This document shows, one piece after another, positions 41,973 through 52,045 of a stretch of 58,586 bases of DNA. The position numbers and the translations under genes are program-made. Source of the stretch: Girardia tigrina (Eukaryota); NCBI GenBank assembly GCA_001938485.1, contig MQRK01249112.1, forward strand, positions 106,604-165,189, in the 5' to 3' direction. How positions within the stretch are numbered: the stretch's first letter is position 1; each line of letters starts with the position of its first letter. The notes beneath the pieces were generated by a model. It worked only from the letters and a program-made list of their open reading frames with translations. It had not been told where the DNA came from and made no database searches.

Positions 41973-42156
41973 AGCCCTTCAAGTAAATTCAGCATCGAAG
42001 GATTATGTTACCACTGTTTCTAAACTCGAAAATGAATTATTAGAAATCAAATCGCATTTAAAAACGTGTAAAAAAGCTGAAAAATCTTATCAAGCTGAAA
42101 TTCAAATGCTTCAAAAGAAAGTAAAAGAAACTCAGGAATTATCAGAAAACGAAAAA
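41973..42156 (+). CDS. CEP63: CEP63/DEUP1-family coding exon 5 (no stop codon; gene continues)
   Basis: TTATCAG acceptor with phase 2 matching exon 4 (AG+A=Arg); ALQVNSASKDYVTTVSKLENELLEIK...; GTGATT donor. Confidence 0.7.
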
Positions 42157-42910
42157 GTGATTTATTTTCGTATTTTCTTAAGTATAAATGTTAAGTTTAT
42201 TTTATTTTTTATGTAAATTTCTTAGCCGATACGATACATTCCCTTAAAACATTATATAATGGCGTCTGTATAGAGATGAATATGTCTACGATTTGTAGGA
42301 TCATCTCTGTGAAAAGTGGTTGCAACGTCTATATCAGAATTCATATTTTTTAAACACCAAAATTTATTACTATAACAATTCACATTTCTAAAACAAATTT
42401 TCCTGTTAATTTAATTTAATTATCTCGACCCAAATTAATCTATTAAATTCTTTTCGATTTAATTTGTAAAATCCTGGAAATTTATTTCGAAAATTTATTT
42501 CAAAAAATTATTTAAACTTTATTTTCAAAATCAATTTTTAAAATTGCTTATTAAAAATATTTTTATTTATAAATAAATATTTAATNNNNNNNNNNNNNNN
42601 NNNNNNNNNNNNNNNNNNNNNNNNNNNNNNNNNNNNNNNNNNNNNNNNNNNNNNNNNNNNNNNNNNNNNNNNNNNNNNNNNNNNNNNNNNNNNTTAATTT
42701 TTTAAAATATTTAATAAGCAAATTAACATAAAAATATTTTACCCTTTAAATTAAAAAAAATAATAAACTATTCAGGCGAGATAAAAATTTAAAATTAACC
42801 CCTCATAATCTCAATTTATAAACTCTTTAAGAAAAATAAATGAAAGATTTATTCATGCTCTTGTAAATTATTAAATTTCCCGTTATAAATTTATAGACTC
42901 AACTATCTTA

Positions 42911-44328
42911 TATATTCGAACCTCTATTTAACGAAGTGGAAGGGACCAAAAAAATACTTCGTTAAATAGAGGTAAGTCTTTTTTTCTATCCGATATCAGT
43001 GGCCAGGTTGATAGCTATTCACTAATTTAATTGTAATTAGGAACTCTCGATATTTTAATTAAATTTCATGTTCTCGTAAGTGATAAAAAAAGTTTTGTGA
43101 ATTATTTATTTAACAATAGCAGCACAAGTACTGATCAGAATGAGGGGGACATTAAATGTAATACAATGTCATCATGTGAAAAAATCTGTGATTTTTGTCT
43201 GCTGCTGAAAAGTTGCACGCTGTTGACCAATAATTTGTTCAAGTTCATCAATTTGTAGGCTATCAATCCCTCACTGGTTGCAAAAGGATCATAGAATATT
43301 AATACTGTCAATTGCCGCAGCCAGAGTAATAGGAGGTTTTTCTATGTTCATCATATCGACACATTCGTCTGACTCTTTAACAACCTCCTTTGTTGAGCGT
43401 ACCTGATGCAATCGTAAAATAAAAAAATTAATGTATGCATTACAACACTTACTTGTTTAAGAATGTCCTCGTCAGTAATTATTTTCTCCGTGAGAGCCAT
43501 TTCGTCCACATTGATGTAGTCTTCGCTAGAAGCATTATTAATGACTGATGGAAATTCACGCCGAAAGTAGTCAAATAGGTTGCGCACCTCGTCACTACGA
43601 ATAATCGCTAGTTACCTTTTAAATACGCTTTAACTCTGAGTCACCAGATGTTTGGGACCACTGCGCCTGTAACTTTTCTCGTTGCGATATAATCGTCGAT
43701 AGACTGCTTGCTGGTATACCATATTCCGTAGCAATGTCAACTTTTCTCTTCTTAGCATTATCTACATCCACTAGGATGTAAATCTTGTCTTTCAAAGTGA
43801 GTATCTTCCGCTTTTGCACTGATATGTAGAAATAAAAAAAATTTTATTAAATAAAAGGGAATTTTACTGATAATAGTTCTTTATAAACAAATTATTTAGA
43901 GTATTCAATAATTTCACTTTTTAAAATAATAATTTCTTTTTACATATTTTAAATACAAGTATTAAGAAAAACAAGTTTTAAGAAAATAAATGTGTGTTCT
44001 AAAAAATAATGATTTTTAATGCAAATATACTTTTGAAAAAATACATTTCTTTTTCCGAGTTTGATAATCGGTAATTGCTTAAAGGTTTTGAAATTTTCAA
44101 GTATTTAAAATATCTGAAAATTTTCAACGCGGCATTGACTTATACAGAGGTTAATTTACACCTAAAATTTTTGTTCGGTACAGGAAAATGCTTTATTAAA
44201 TAGAGGTTTTCGTTAAATGGAGTTTCTTTAAATAGAGGGATAAATTTATGAGGATTTCTGCCCTCTTAGTCGGGACAAAAAATTTGCTTCGTTAAATGGA
44301 AACTTCGTTAAATAGAGGTTCGACTGTA
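42911..44328 (-). mobile_element. Internally deleted pogo/Tigger element
   Basis: TIRs TCGAACCTCTATTTAACGAAG / CTTCGTTAAATAGAGGTTCGACTGTA. A psq-HTH (KRKILTLKDK..DIATEYGIPASSLSTII) is joined to the C-terminal remnant DYINVDE..TDEDI; the DDE core is missing. Confidence 0.85.
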
Positions 44329-44619
44329 GTTGATTTTCAAAAATGTTATCTAACATCGAATGCTGTTTATGAACTTATCGATTACAGTACATGTTTCAGA
44401 ATATTCTCCATCATCAGCAATTATATTGATGCCATAATGTTATTTTTTATTTTTAAAAGGGAACAAACCCATCATTTATTTATTTATTAATGGTTTTTAT
44501 GGTAAAAAAAGTTTTAAAAATTTTAATTAACGATTTTAAGACTTGAAACGGCTTTACTTTGTCCATTTCGAATACTTATTAATGAGTTATAGTGTCTTAT
44601 TGATAATGATTCACGAACC

Positions 44620-45771
44620 CTGGTTCACAATCAGCTAAATTATATGGGCTTACTAAAATACATACAGCTGGTCATCCACTCCACACTGTATTATCGATGA
44701 TTAAGACTGTGCAGTACAATGTCGTAAAGATTATTTATTCCTAATTGAGTCCCTTGATTTTCAATGAATTTGAGATCAGGGATAGCTTTGAATTCAAAGA
44801 TTTCATTTTTGATCAGATACCTAAAGTCGATTCTGAATGTATGATCTCATTTGATGTCTCCAGTTTATTTACGAATGTGCCCATCGATGAAACTATTGAT
44901 TTGTGTGAACAATTATGGGATGATAATTCTGACTGCGTGAATGAAGTAATAAATAAAAATGGAATAAAAAACTGCTTTTTCAACGATGAATGGTACATTC
45001 AGAAAGATAGAGTAACAATGGGTTCCTCAACGTTGACATTAATTTTTATGATGTCCTTTGAGGATAAAATTGATACATACTTGGGGAAAACTTGAGAAAT
45101 ACAGGAGATATGTAGATGACATTTTTCTTGTTTACAAAAACGAATCCCTTATAGAACCATTCTTAAAATCTTTGAATGATCTACATCCTAATATCAAATT
45201 CACTACAGAATCGGAAGTTAATAACACACTTCCTTTTCTTGACATTCTTATCACTAGGATGAATTGGAAATATCGAACTGAATTATACAGAAAAACCACA
45301 GATGCAATTCTCCCGTTATCTTTCGTGATCTTGCGTGAGGAAAAATATAGAGAGGGTATGATAAAGGGCCTAGGTCACAGACTTGGGAGTTTGTTTTCCT
45401 ATTTTGAAACCGCAAATCATGGTTTAAATATTCTTAGAAGACGCTTGAGGGATAAAATTTATACAAACAAAAAGATAGATCACAACAATAATGTTATGTT
45501 GGACTACTTATGTACACAAATATTGGTTAAGAAAGGATTAAATGAAGAAAACATTCAAAAGCACAAGCAAATAATCAAAATACCATATTCTGAAAGATTT
45601 AAAGCATTTAAAAAGAGTATTTGCAAGAATAAAAGTATTGTCAAAGTTGTTTCAATAATTTAAAAAGTTCAAAGCTTCCTCTCGAATAAATCGAAAACGG
45701 TTTGTGAATCGCAAGCTTATCTAATTTATAAATTTGATTGTCACAGATGTAAAAACTCGTACATTGGAGAG
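44620..45771 (+). mobile_element. Penelope-like retroelement fragment (RT plus start of GIY-YIG)
   Basis: SFDVSSLFTNVP, MGS, RYVDDIF, IKFTTESE..LPFLDI..YRK; then LIYKFDCHRCKNSYIGE, truncated immediately afterwards. Confidence 0.9.
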
Positions 45772-45779
45772 TACAAAAC

Positions 45780-46366
45780 GAAATGATGGTTCACTAGGCA
45801 TCTGCGTAAAGATCATCGAATAGAAGCGAGGGAGAATATCAATGAACATCCGACAGAATCATCAGTGCAATCCAACAGAAGAAGCGACAATCCAGACAGA
45901 GACGAAGAACCCACACTTATCCAAACGACCAATTTTCAGCCAGCAACAGTCACCCGACTATTTCAACGGTGGTGGAGCAAACGACTTATCCCGAAGATAC
46001 ACATTTGACTTTTAGGATCGCAGATCCAAATGCGAGGGGAAAGTTCAAATGTCCCTTTCGCGGCTGTACCAAGTCCACCAATACAGCCAAAGGGATGCTG
46101 AATCCATGGTACCACAATTCATGATTGGTCGTTTGCAACAGGGAAGCCTAAGAAATTTCGGAGACTGAAGCACTACATCCCCGTAGGAGGCCTATCGGGG
46201 GGCAGGTAGCACTTTTTAGTTTGGGTGGACCCTCTAAAGAGCCTAGTGGCTCAATACCATTCGAAAGAGATGGGAGGCCCACATTGGAGAGACAAATCGG
46301 CATCTCAAAACCCTGTTTAGTGAGTATTCACAATCAAGTCGATCGAGTAAGGTTCTTGACCATGGG
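45780..46366 (+). mobile_element. Fragment with C2H2 zinc-finger remnants and a GC-rich tail, probably from a non-LTR element
   Basis: WFTRHLRKDH and FKCPFRGCTKSTNTAKGMLN remnants; higher GC than the flanks. Confidence 0.35.
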
Positions 46367-46429
46367 TTACACTGTAAAAATAGAATCTTTAATTTCATAT
46401 ACTACACCTGATTTTTTTTTCTTACTCAT
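46367..46429 (-). pseudogene. Truncated viral ORF start (MSKKKKSGVVYEIKDSIFTV)
   Basis: Same upstream context (TTTAAAAGAAAATGAGT) as the 47047 ORF; it ends at the junction with the unrelated fragment. Confidence 0.4.
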
Positions 46430-46450
46430 TTTCTTTTAAAATATTATAAA

Positions 46451-46552
46451 AATCCAATTAAATCCAAAATCCAAAATCCAATTAAATCCAAAATCCAAAA
46501 TCCAATTAAATCCAAAATCCAAAATCCATTTAAATCCAAATCCAAAATCAAA
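46451..46552. repeat. Tandem repeat, ~24-bp unit (AATCCAATTAAATCCAAAATCCAA) x ~4
   Basis: Direct reading. Confidence 0.9.
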
Positions 46553-47047
46553 TTAAATCTTATTTTCTTTTTGTCTTGTTTTTAAATTAGTTTGTCCTTT
46601 TGCTCTTCCTTTATAATTCCCAGTTCTTTTCGATGATGTTATTGATTCAGTAATTTCACTACATTCATTAACAGATGAAGATTTCTCGTTATCAATTTTC
46701 CAAGAACTAATTTTTTCTTCTAAATTATGTTCTTTAAGATCTTTTAAAATTTCTTCTTTATTTTCATCTTTTTGTAATAATCTCGCATTAAGATTATAAT
46801 TTTCTTCCTTTAGAAGTTTTATAGTATTTTCTAATTTCCTATTTTTTTCCTCTAATTTCAATATTTTATCATTTGAAAAATCAGATGTTTCACTTTTTTC
46901 TTTTAGCATCGTTTGAAATTGAAATGCTAATAATTTATATTCTTCCATCTTTTTTTCGTAAAAAGATATATCATTATTATATCGTGATTTGTAAAAATCA
47001 CAATCTAAACATTTATTTATTAATAAATTTTTTTTTGTCTCACTCAT
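46553..47047 (-). CDS. Viral coiled-coil protein of unknown function, divergent from the ATPase
   Basis: Intact 164-aa ORF with CLDC near the N-terminus, heptad repeats and a basic C-terminus. Confidence 0.6.
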   Translation of the reverse strand: MSETKKNLLINKCLDCDFYKSRYNNDISFYEKKMEEYKLLAFQFQTMLKEKSETSDFSNDKILKLEEKNRKLENTIKLLKEENYNLNARLLQKDENKEEILKDLKEHNLEEKISSWKIDNEKSSSVNECSEITESITSSKRTGNYKGRAKGQTNLKTRQKENKI

Positions 47048-47110
47048 TTTCTTTAAAAATAATTTGAAAATTTTTTCAAAATTTTTTTACCAAAAATTCA
47101 AATTTTAAAA

Positions 47111-48016
47111 ATGAAGGAAAAACTGAATATTTTAACAATGTATGAGTCAAAATTCAAGAATAAACTGTTCCCAAAGAACTTTAGACTGTTAATAGTTGGT
47201 GAATCGGGATGCGGTAAAAATGTTTTATTAACAAAAATGTTACTAGAAGATGGATTTCTCGATTTTAATAATCTAATATTTTATTCCATAACTATTGATC
47301 AACCGGAACTTAAAGTTATTTCAAGTGGATTCCGTTTTGAAGATGGATCATCTTTAACAAAAATGGGAATTCGTGATGTTTTCGAAAAACAGAAAATGTT
47401 ATTAGAAATGATAAAAAAAGAATTAGGAAATAATAATTCTGATTATGTTCCTCCTCCGGAATATCTCGTTTATGCGTATAAAAGATTTATTAATAATAAT
47501 AATAATATTGATAAATCAAAATATTTAATTAGAGATCCTGAAAAAGCGATATCAGTTCTCTTTTCAAGTGATCCTAATCAAATCGTCGCTTGCGACTCTC
47601 TACCGAAAGATGCAAAAAATCTCATTATTTTCGATGATGTTGTAAACTTATCAGATCAGAAAATAATGAAATCGTATTTCACCAGAGGACGTCATAATAA
47701 CTGTAATACGATATACATCTCCCAAACTTTCTACGGATTGGATAAGCATTCTATCCGGAATAATTCCACTGGATTCATTTTTTTCGAATTAGGAAAAAGA
47801 GATAAATCTTATATCTTTTCTGATCTCTTACCCAATAGTGAAAATATCAACGAATATCAGCGGGAAATAATTCATCACTGGCAGCGTAAAAAATATAATT
47901 ATATTTATTTTGATCGCACTGAAAAAAAAATTTATAAAAATTTATTTACAGAAGAAGAAATATCAATCGAAAATCCGAATATGCACTCAGATATTGAAAA
48001 TGGAGAAAGTGATTAA
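47111..48016 (+). CDS. A32/FtsK-like genome-packaging ATPase
   Basis: Walker A LIVGESGCGKN, Walker B LIIFDD, FTRGRH, ISQ and IRNN motifs. Confidence 0.92.
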   Translation: MKEKLNILTMYESKFKNKLFPKNFRLLIVGESGCGKNVLLTKMLLEDGFLDFNNLIFYSITIDQPELKVISSGFRFEDGSSLTKMGIRDVFEKQKMLLEMIKKELGNNNSDYVPPPEYLVYAYKRFINNNNNIDKSKYLIRDPEKAISVLFSSDPNQIVACDSLPKDAKNLIIFDDVVNLSDQKIMKSYFTRGRHNNCNTIYISQTFYGLDKHSIRNNSTGFIFFELGKRDKSYIFSDLLPNSENINEYQREIIHHWQRKKYNYIYFDRTEKKIYKNLFTEEEISIENPNMHSDIENGESD

Positions 48017-48158
48017 TAAAATGATTTCATAAAATAAAAAAAACTTAGATTTTCCTTGAAAAAATAAATAATATTATTCTTTCCTTATCTAACAATATGC
48101 CTTTAATATCATGTCTATAGAAAATAGCTTGATAGTATTGGAAATTTTTATTAAGAAA

Positions 48159-48623
48159 ATGATGATTATTAAAAAAGAAGGTGGAGACATTCAACAATCT
48201 ATGGGAAATTTTGCAAAATATATTCCTGGATTTATGAAAACAAAATACGGTGAACTGCATTTACCAGGTAAAAATTATTGTGGTCCACTAACAAGATTGG
48301 ATATTCGATTAGATGAAAATGATCAACCAATTGGAGAAGATAATAAACCCGTTGATGGATTGGATCAGGCATGCTATAAACATGATATCGCCTACAGATC
48401 TGAAGATTTACGAGATCGGCACTTGGCGGATGTAAATCTTATTCACGATATCAATCAACTTCAAGATCTGACTTTACGACAAAAATTTGAAAGATTTCTC
48501 ATAAAATTTATTATGAAAGGAAAAATCGCATTTGGTGGTGAATTGGAAAATAAAATATATAATAAACAATTAGCTAAAGAACTGCATAAAGCTCATAAAA
48601 AAATAAGGACTTTCTCCGCATAA
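48159..48623 (+). CDS. Parvovirus-VP1u-like phospholipase A2 domain; N-terminal half of a PLA2-integrase fusion
   Basis: ELHLPGKNYCGP (Ca-binding loop), LDQACYKHDIAY (HDxxY), RHLAD. The ORF ends with the integrase N-terminal motif LAKELHK. The start is placed at the AAGAAAATG context. Confidence 0.88.
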   Translation: MMIIKKEGGDIQQSMGNFAKYIPGFMKTKYGELHLPGKNYCGPLTRLDIRLDENDQPIGEDNKPVDGLDQACYKHDIAYRSEDLRDRHLADVNLIHDINQLQDLTLRQKFERFLIKFIMKGKIAFGGELENKIYNKQLAKELHKAHKKIRTFSA

Positions 48624-49480
48624 ATGTTAAATCACTGAATCGGATTTGGTCAGCCGACTTGATAACTGTTGACGCGAAAGAGGATACTGAAAATGGAGTC
48701 GTTGCAACAACAATAACAAAATCAGGACAAACTCGTAAAATTTGGAAATATTATATTTTAACAGTTATAGATATTTATTCACGATATGGTTTTTTTCGTT
48801 TTTTACCAAATAAGAAATCTGAATCAATAATCCAAGCTTTCATTTCAATCTTAACGGAATTGGAAAATACTGAATTACCAATTCCAAAATATTTATGGGT
48901 TGACCAGGGAGCTGAATTCACAAATAAAGAATTTGATAAAAAATTCCTAAAAGCGAATAATATTAAAATGTATTTCGTAAAGGAAAAACCCGTTTTTATT
49001 GAAAGATTTAATAGAACATTAAAATCTGAAATCTATAAACTATTTACTGAGAAAGGTGAGAAAGTTATCACTGAAGCGGAAATGCAAAAAATATTAGAGA
49101 ATTATAATAATAGAATTCATAGCTCTATCCGTGTGTCACCACACGATGTAATGTTTAATAATGCTATTCCACAACCAAAACCACAAAAATTACCCAAGAA
49201 AAAAGTTAAACCAAAATTCAAAGTTGGAGATCGAGTTCGTGTATTCGAAACAAAAATATTTAGTGGTGATAAACCTGAAGGTACTCGTAATAAAAATCAA
49301 GAACGGAAATTACAAACTTTTAAAAAAGGTTATGAACCGAAATGGACGAGAGAAATTTATGTAATTTCTCAAGTTTTGGACCATGAATATCCCGTTACAT
49401 ATAAATTAATAAATCCAGAAAAAGATCGGGAACTATTTGGTCGGTTCTATGAAGCGGATTTACAAAAATCAAATTTTTAA
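48602..49480 (+). CDS. int: Retroviral-like (rve) integrase of Polinton type
   Basis: DDE triad IWSADL / LWVDQGAEF / IERFNRTLK; C-terminal PKFKVGDRVR..FKKGY.PKWTRE..PVTYKL..G.FYE..LQ. No chromodomain. Confidence 0.93.
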   Translation, partial: NKDFLRINVKSLNRIWSADLITVDAKEDTENGVVATTITKSGQTRKIWKYYILTVIDIYSRYGFFRFLPNKKSESIIQAFISILTELENTELPIPKYLWVDQGAEFTNKEFDKKFLKANNIKMYFVKEKPVFIERFNRTLKSEIYKLFTEKGEKVITEAEMQKILENYNNRIHSSIRVSPHDVMFNNAIPQPKPQKLPKKKVKPKFKVGDRVRVFETKIFSGDKPEGTRNKNQERKLQTFKKGYEPKWTREIYVISQVLDHEYPVTYKLINPEKDRELFGRFYEADLQKSNF

Positions 49481-49485
49481 AGAAA

Positions 49486-50901
49486 ATGGAAACAAGTTTT
49501 GAAAAACCAATAAGTCAATTAACCACAGGGATGATTCCCTTGGGAATTTTAGATCTTGATAATAATAAGGAATTTACTCATGTTTTGAAAAAATCTGATA
49601 TAATAAAATTGGCTCCAACATCTGGATCACAAGCATATATGAATAGTAATGGAACTCTGGTTTACCAATTATCGCAAACCACTGATCCGATAGATATTTG
49701 TAACGCAAAATTAGTTTATGATATTGAAATAAAAGACAGTGATTGTGTTTTGGAGACTAATTTCTTTCCAAAATTATTTTCATGCATGTCATTAAAATTA
49801 GGTAACTATGTCGTTGAATCGATAAATAATTCTGGAGTTGTATCGGATATGCTATTATATGTGTCTAAAGACCGAAACTATTTACCATGCGGAGAAATAA
49901 CTGATTTTATTCCAGATCATTATGAAATGATATATGGTGAGAAAATACCTGCGGTATCAACTGCATCTACAAGTAAAAAAATTGATGATGAAGAGGATAC
50001 TCCCGGTTCGAGCGGAGGTACTAACAATACCACAGAAGTTCCAGCGGGTCTACGATACCGAAATATTGGTTATGAAATTCGGAAAGATCAGTTTAAGAAA
50101 AATAGATTCAGAGGTGCTTTCTCACTGAAACATCTCTTTGGATTTTTACAAAATTATAACCGAGTTATTTATAATATTCTTCTAGAATTCACAATGGTGC
50201 GAAAACTTGATGATAAAAGTATTTTTTATTCAGAAAAAGGAACCAAAGGAAAATTAACGATAAATTCCCTGGAACTGCATATGAATCAATTGGAATTGAA
50301 TATCGATTATTATGCTCGANNNNNNNNNNNNNNNNNNNNNNNNNNNNNNNNNNNNNNNNNNNNNNNNNNNNNNNNNNNNNNNNNNNNNNNNNNNNNNNNN
50401 NNCGAGAAAGTTTTCTCCTGGAATGTCGCATATCTAAATTATTTACCAAGATATATTTTCGTGGGAATGAAATTACAAGATTCAAATTACAACTGGAATA
50501 ATTCCCGTTTTCATATGGATTCTAATGAATTCACGATTCAGCTGAAATTGAACAATACTTATTATCCTATTCAACCAATGGTGAATGAAAAAGCGAATCA
50601 GAATTTTTATGATTTATATAATTCATATGTTCAATGTTCTCGCGGATTCCAAGATAAAACCCCAATGCTATCGTTAAAAGATTGGAAAAGTTTATATCCA
50701 ATTATCTGTTTCGATACTAGTGATATCGATAAAACTTTGGATGTCAATAACGTCACCGTTACACTTCTCATTCGAAAATCAGAAACTTTTCAACCGAAAA
50801 TGTATTGTGTAATTTTGGAAGAAGCAAAAATAAAAATGTCTCTACGAGGATCACAAATCACAATAATCGAACCATTCAAAGGAACCGTTGATAAGAAATA
50901 A
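49486..50901 (+). CDS. Double jelly-roll major capsid protein
   Basis: 471 aa, beta-rich, with Polinton-MCP-like motifs (LF..MSLKLGN..VE, LKHLFGF, PRYIFVG, YPIICFD). It sits in the virion module. Confidence 0.8.
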   Translation: METSFEKPISQLTTGMIPLGILDLDNNKEFTHVLKKSDIIKLAPTSGSQAYMNSNGTLVYQLSQTTDPIDICNAKLVYDIEIKDSDCVLETNFFPKLFSCMSLKLGNYVVESINNSGVVSDMLLYVSKDRNYLPCGEITDFIPDHYEMIYGEKIPAVSTASTSKKIDDEEDTPGSSGGTNNTTEVPAGLRYRNIGYEIRKDQFKKNRFRGAFSLKHLFGFLQNYNRVIYNILLEFTMVRKLDDKSIFYSEKGTKGKLTINSLELHMNQLELNIDYYARXXXXXXXXXXXXXXXXXXXXXXXXXXXXEKVFSWNVAYLNYLPRYIFVGMKLQDSNYNWNNSRFHMDSNEFTIQLKLNNTYYPIQPMVNEKANQNFYDLYNSYVQCSRGFQDKTPMLSLKDWKSLYPIICFDTSDIDKTLDVNNVTVTLLIRKSETFQPKMYCVILEEAKIKMSLRGSQITIIEPFKGTVDKK

Positions 50902-50970
50902 AGATACGAGCAGAATTGGGCATAATTTGTTTTTTTTATGAAAAAAAGAAAATATGAGATCCCTGAAGGT

Positions 50971-51007
50971 TAATAATTTTTATTCTCAGCGAGAACAAAA
51001 ATTATTA
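50971..51007 (+). promoter_or_regulatory. Pre-ATG hairpin 1
   Basis: TAATAATTTTT-A-TTCTC-agc-GAGAA-C-AAAAATTATTA; ATG at 51013. Confidence 0.6.
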
Positions 51008-51012
51008 TAAAA

Positions 51013-51702
51013 ATGGCTTCGAAAACAGATGCTTTAAAAATACGAAAATTAATAGATACACAAACTCCTGGTTTGATTCGAGTGAATGGAAAGGAAGTGT
51101 ATTTAAATCGGGAAATGTTGAAAAAGATTAAAGATTTAGAAAAGAATGGAGGAGAGATTGGTGGATATTATCACAGCGGAGGAATTTTACCACTTATTCC
51201 CGCTATAATCGCTGGTTTAACTACTCTTTTCACAGTAGGAGGAGCAGCCGCTGGAGTAGCCACTGGAGTTGCAAAAACTGTTGCAAATGCTCGCGAAGCA
51301 CAAAAGAATAAGGTTGAAACCGAGAAAGCAGAAATTGAAAAACAAATAAGACAAAAGGAACTTGATAGAATGAATGAACCAACAGGATCAGGATTACGGA
51401 AAGGAAAAAAAGGAGGAATTTTACCTTTTATAGCAGAAATAGAAAAAAATTTGCCAGGTTTATGGAAAATAGCTAAATCAGCACTAGATAGTTTAGGAGA
51501 AGGGTTGTACTTGGATGATTATACTGGTAAAGGAATTCAAAAATTTTTTCGTGAACAAATAAATCAATCGGATAAAGATCCAAAATCGAAAAAGGCTCTA
51601 TTGAATAAAAATAAAAAATTGGGAGGGAAATTGAAATGCCATTTCTTGGGAAAGGGATTATACTTGGAACCTTGGGATCCGAATAATCAGAATCAGATTT
51701 GA
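51013..51702 (+). CDS. pX-like core/membrane-active precursor protein
   Basis: GGILPLIPAIIAGL...GGAAAGVA resembles adenovirus pX (GGILPLLIPLIAAAIGA). A second GGILPF and several GxG(L/I) motifs follow. Confidence 0.65.
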   Translation: MASKTDALKIRKLIDTQTPGLIRVNGKEVYLNREMLKKIKDLEKNGGEIGGYYHSGGILPLIPAIIAGLTTLFTVGGAAAGVATGVAKTVANAREAQKNKVETEKAEIEKQIRQKELDRMNEPTGSGLRKGKKGGILPFIAEIEKNLPGLWKIAKSALDSLGEGLYLDDYTGKGIQKFFREQINQSDKDPKSKKALLNKNKKLGGKLKCHFLGKGLYLEPWDPNNQNQI

Positions 51703-51709
51703 ATAAAAA

Positions 51710-52045
51710 ATGAATAGAAATAATAATAATAATGATTTATATAATTTTATGCGAGCATTACCAGAACAATTACGAAAAGAGAAAGCAGCTCGACGGAAAT
51801 ACAATGAAAAAATTAAAAAAAGATTATACGTTCGCAGAAATGAGGGTATGCAATATCACGACCGACAACAGAAACCCATGAAATCGGAAGAGGAGATCAA
51901 AGCTCGACTTGAGGAGAAAAGATTAAAATTAAAAATATTAGAGCAAGAAATCCTAGCAAAATTATTTGCAAAGCAATTAAATCTTGAAAAACCGAAACAG
52001 AAAGAGGGAGAAGGAATTAGAAAAACAAAATCCATAAGAAAATGA
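51710..52045 (+). CDS. Small basic viral protein (possible core/DNA-binding)
   Basis: K/R-rich helical ORF ending EGEGIRK; its stop overlaps the next ATG (ATGA). Confidence 0.55.
   Translation: MNRNNNNNDLYNFMRALPEQLRKEKAARRKYNEKIKKRLYVRRNEGMQYHDRQQKPMKSEEEIKARLEEKRLKLKILEQEILAKLFAKQLNLEKPKQKEGEGIRKTKSIRK

Noticed and set aside
44500-46370. Hammerhead ribozyme expected near Penelope elements
   Set aside because: No CUGANGA...GAAA core with proper stems found by eye.
47195-47221. Walker A ends GKN rather than GKT/S, possibly an inactive ATPase
   Set aside because: All other motifs are intact; a single residue cannot be interpreted without homologue alignment.
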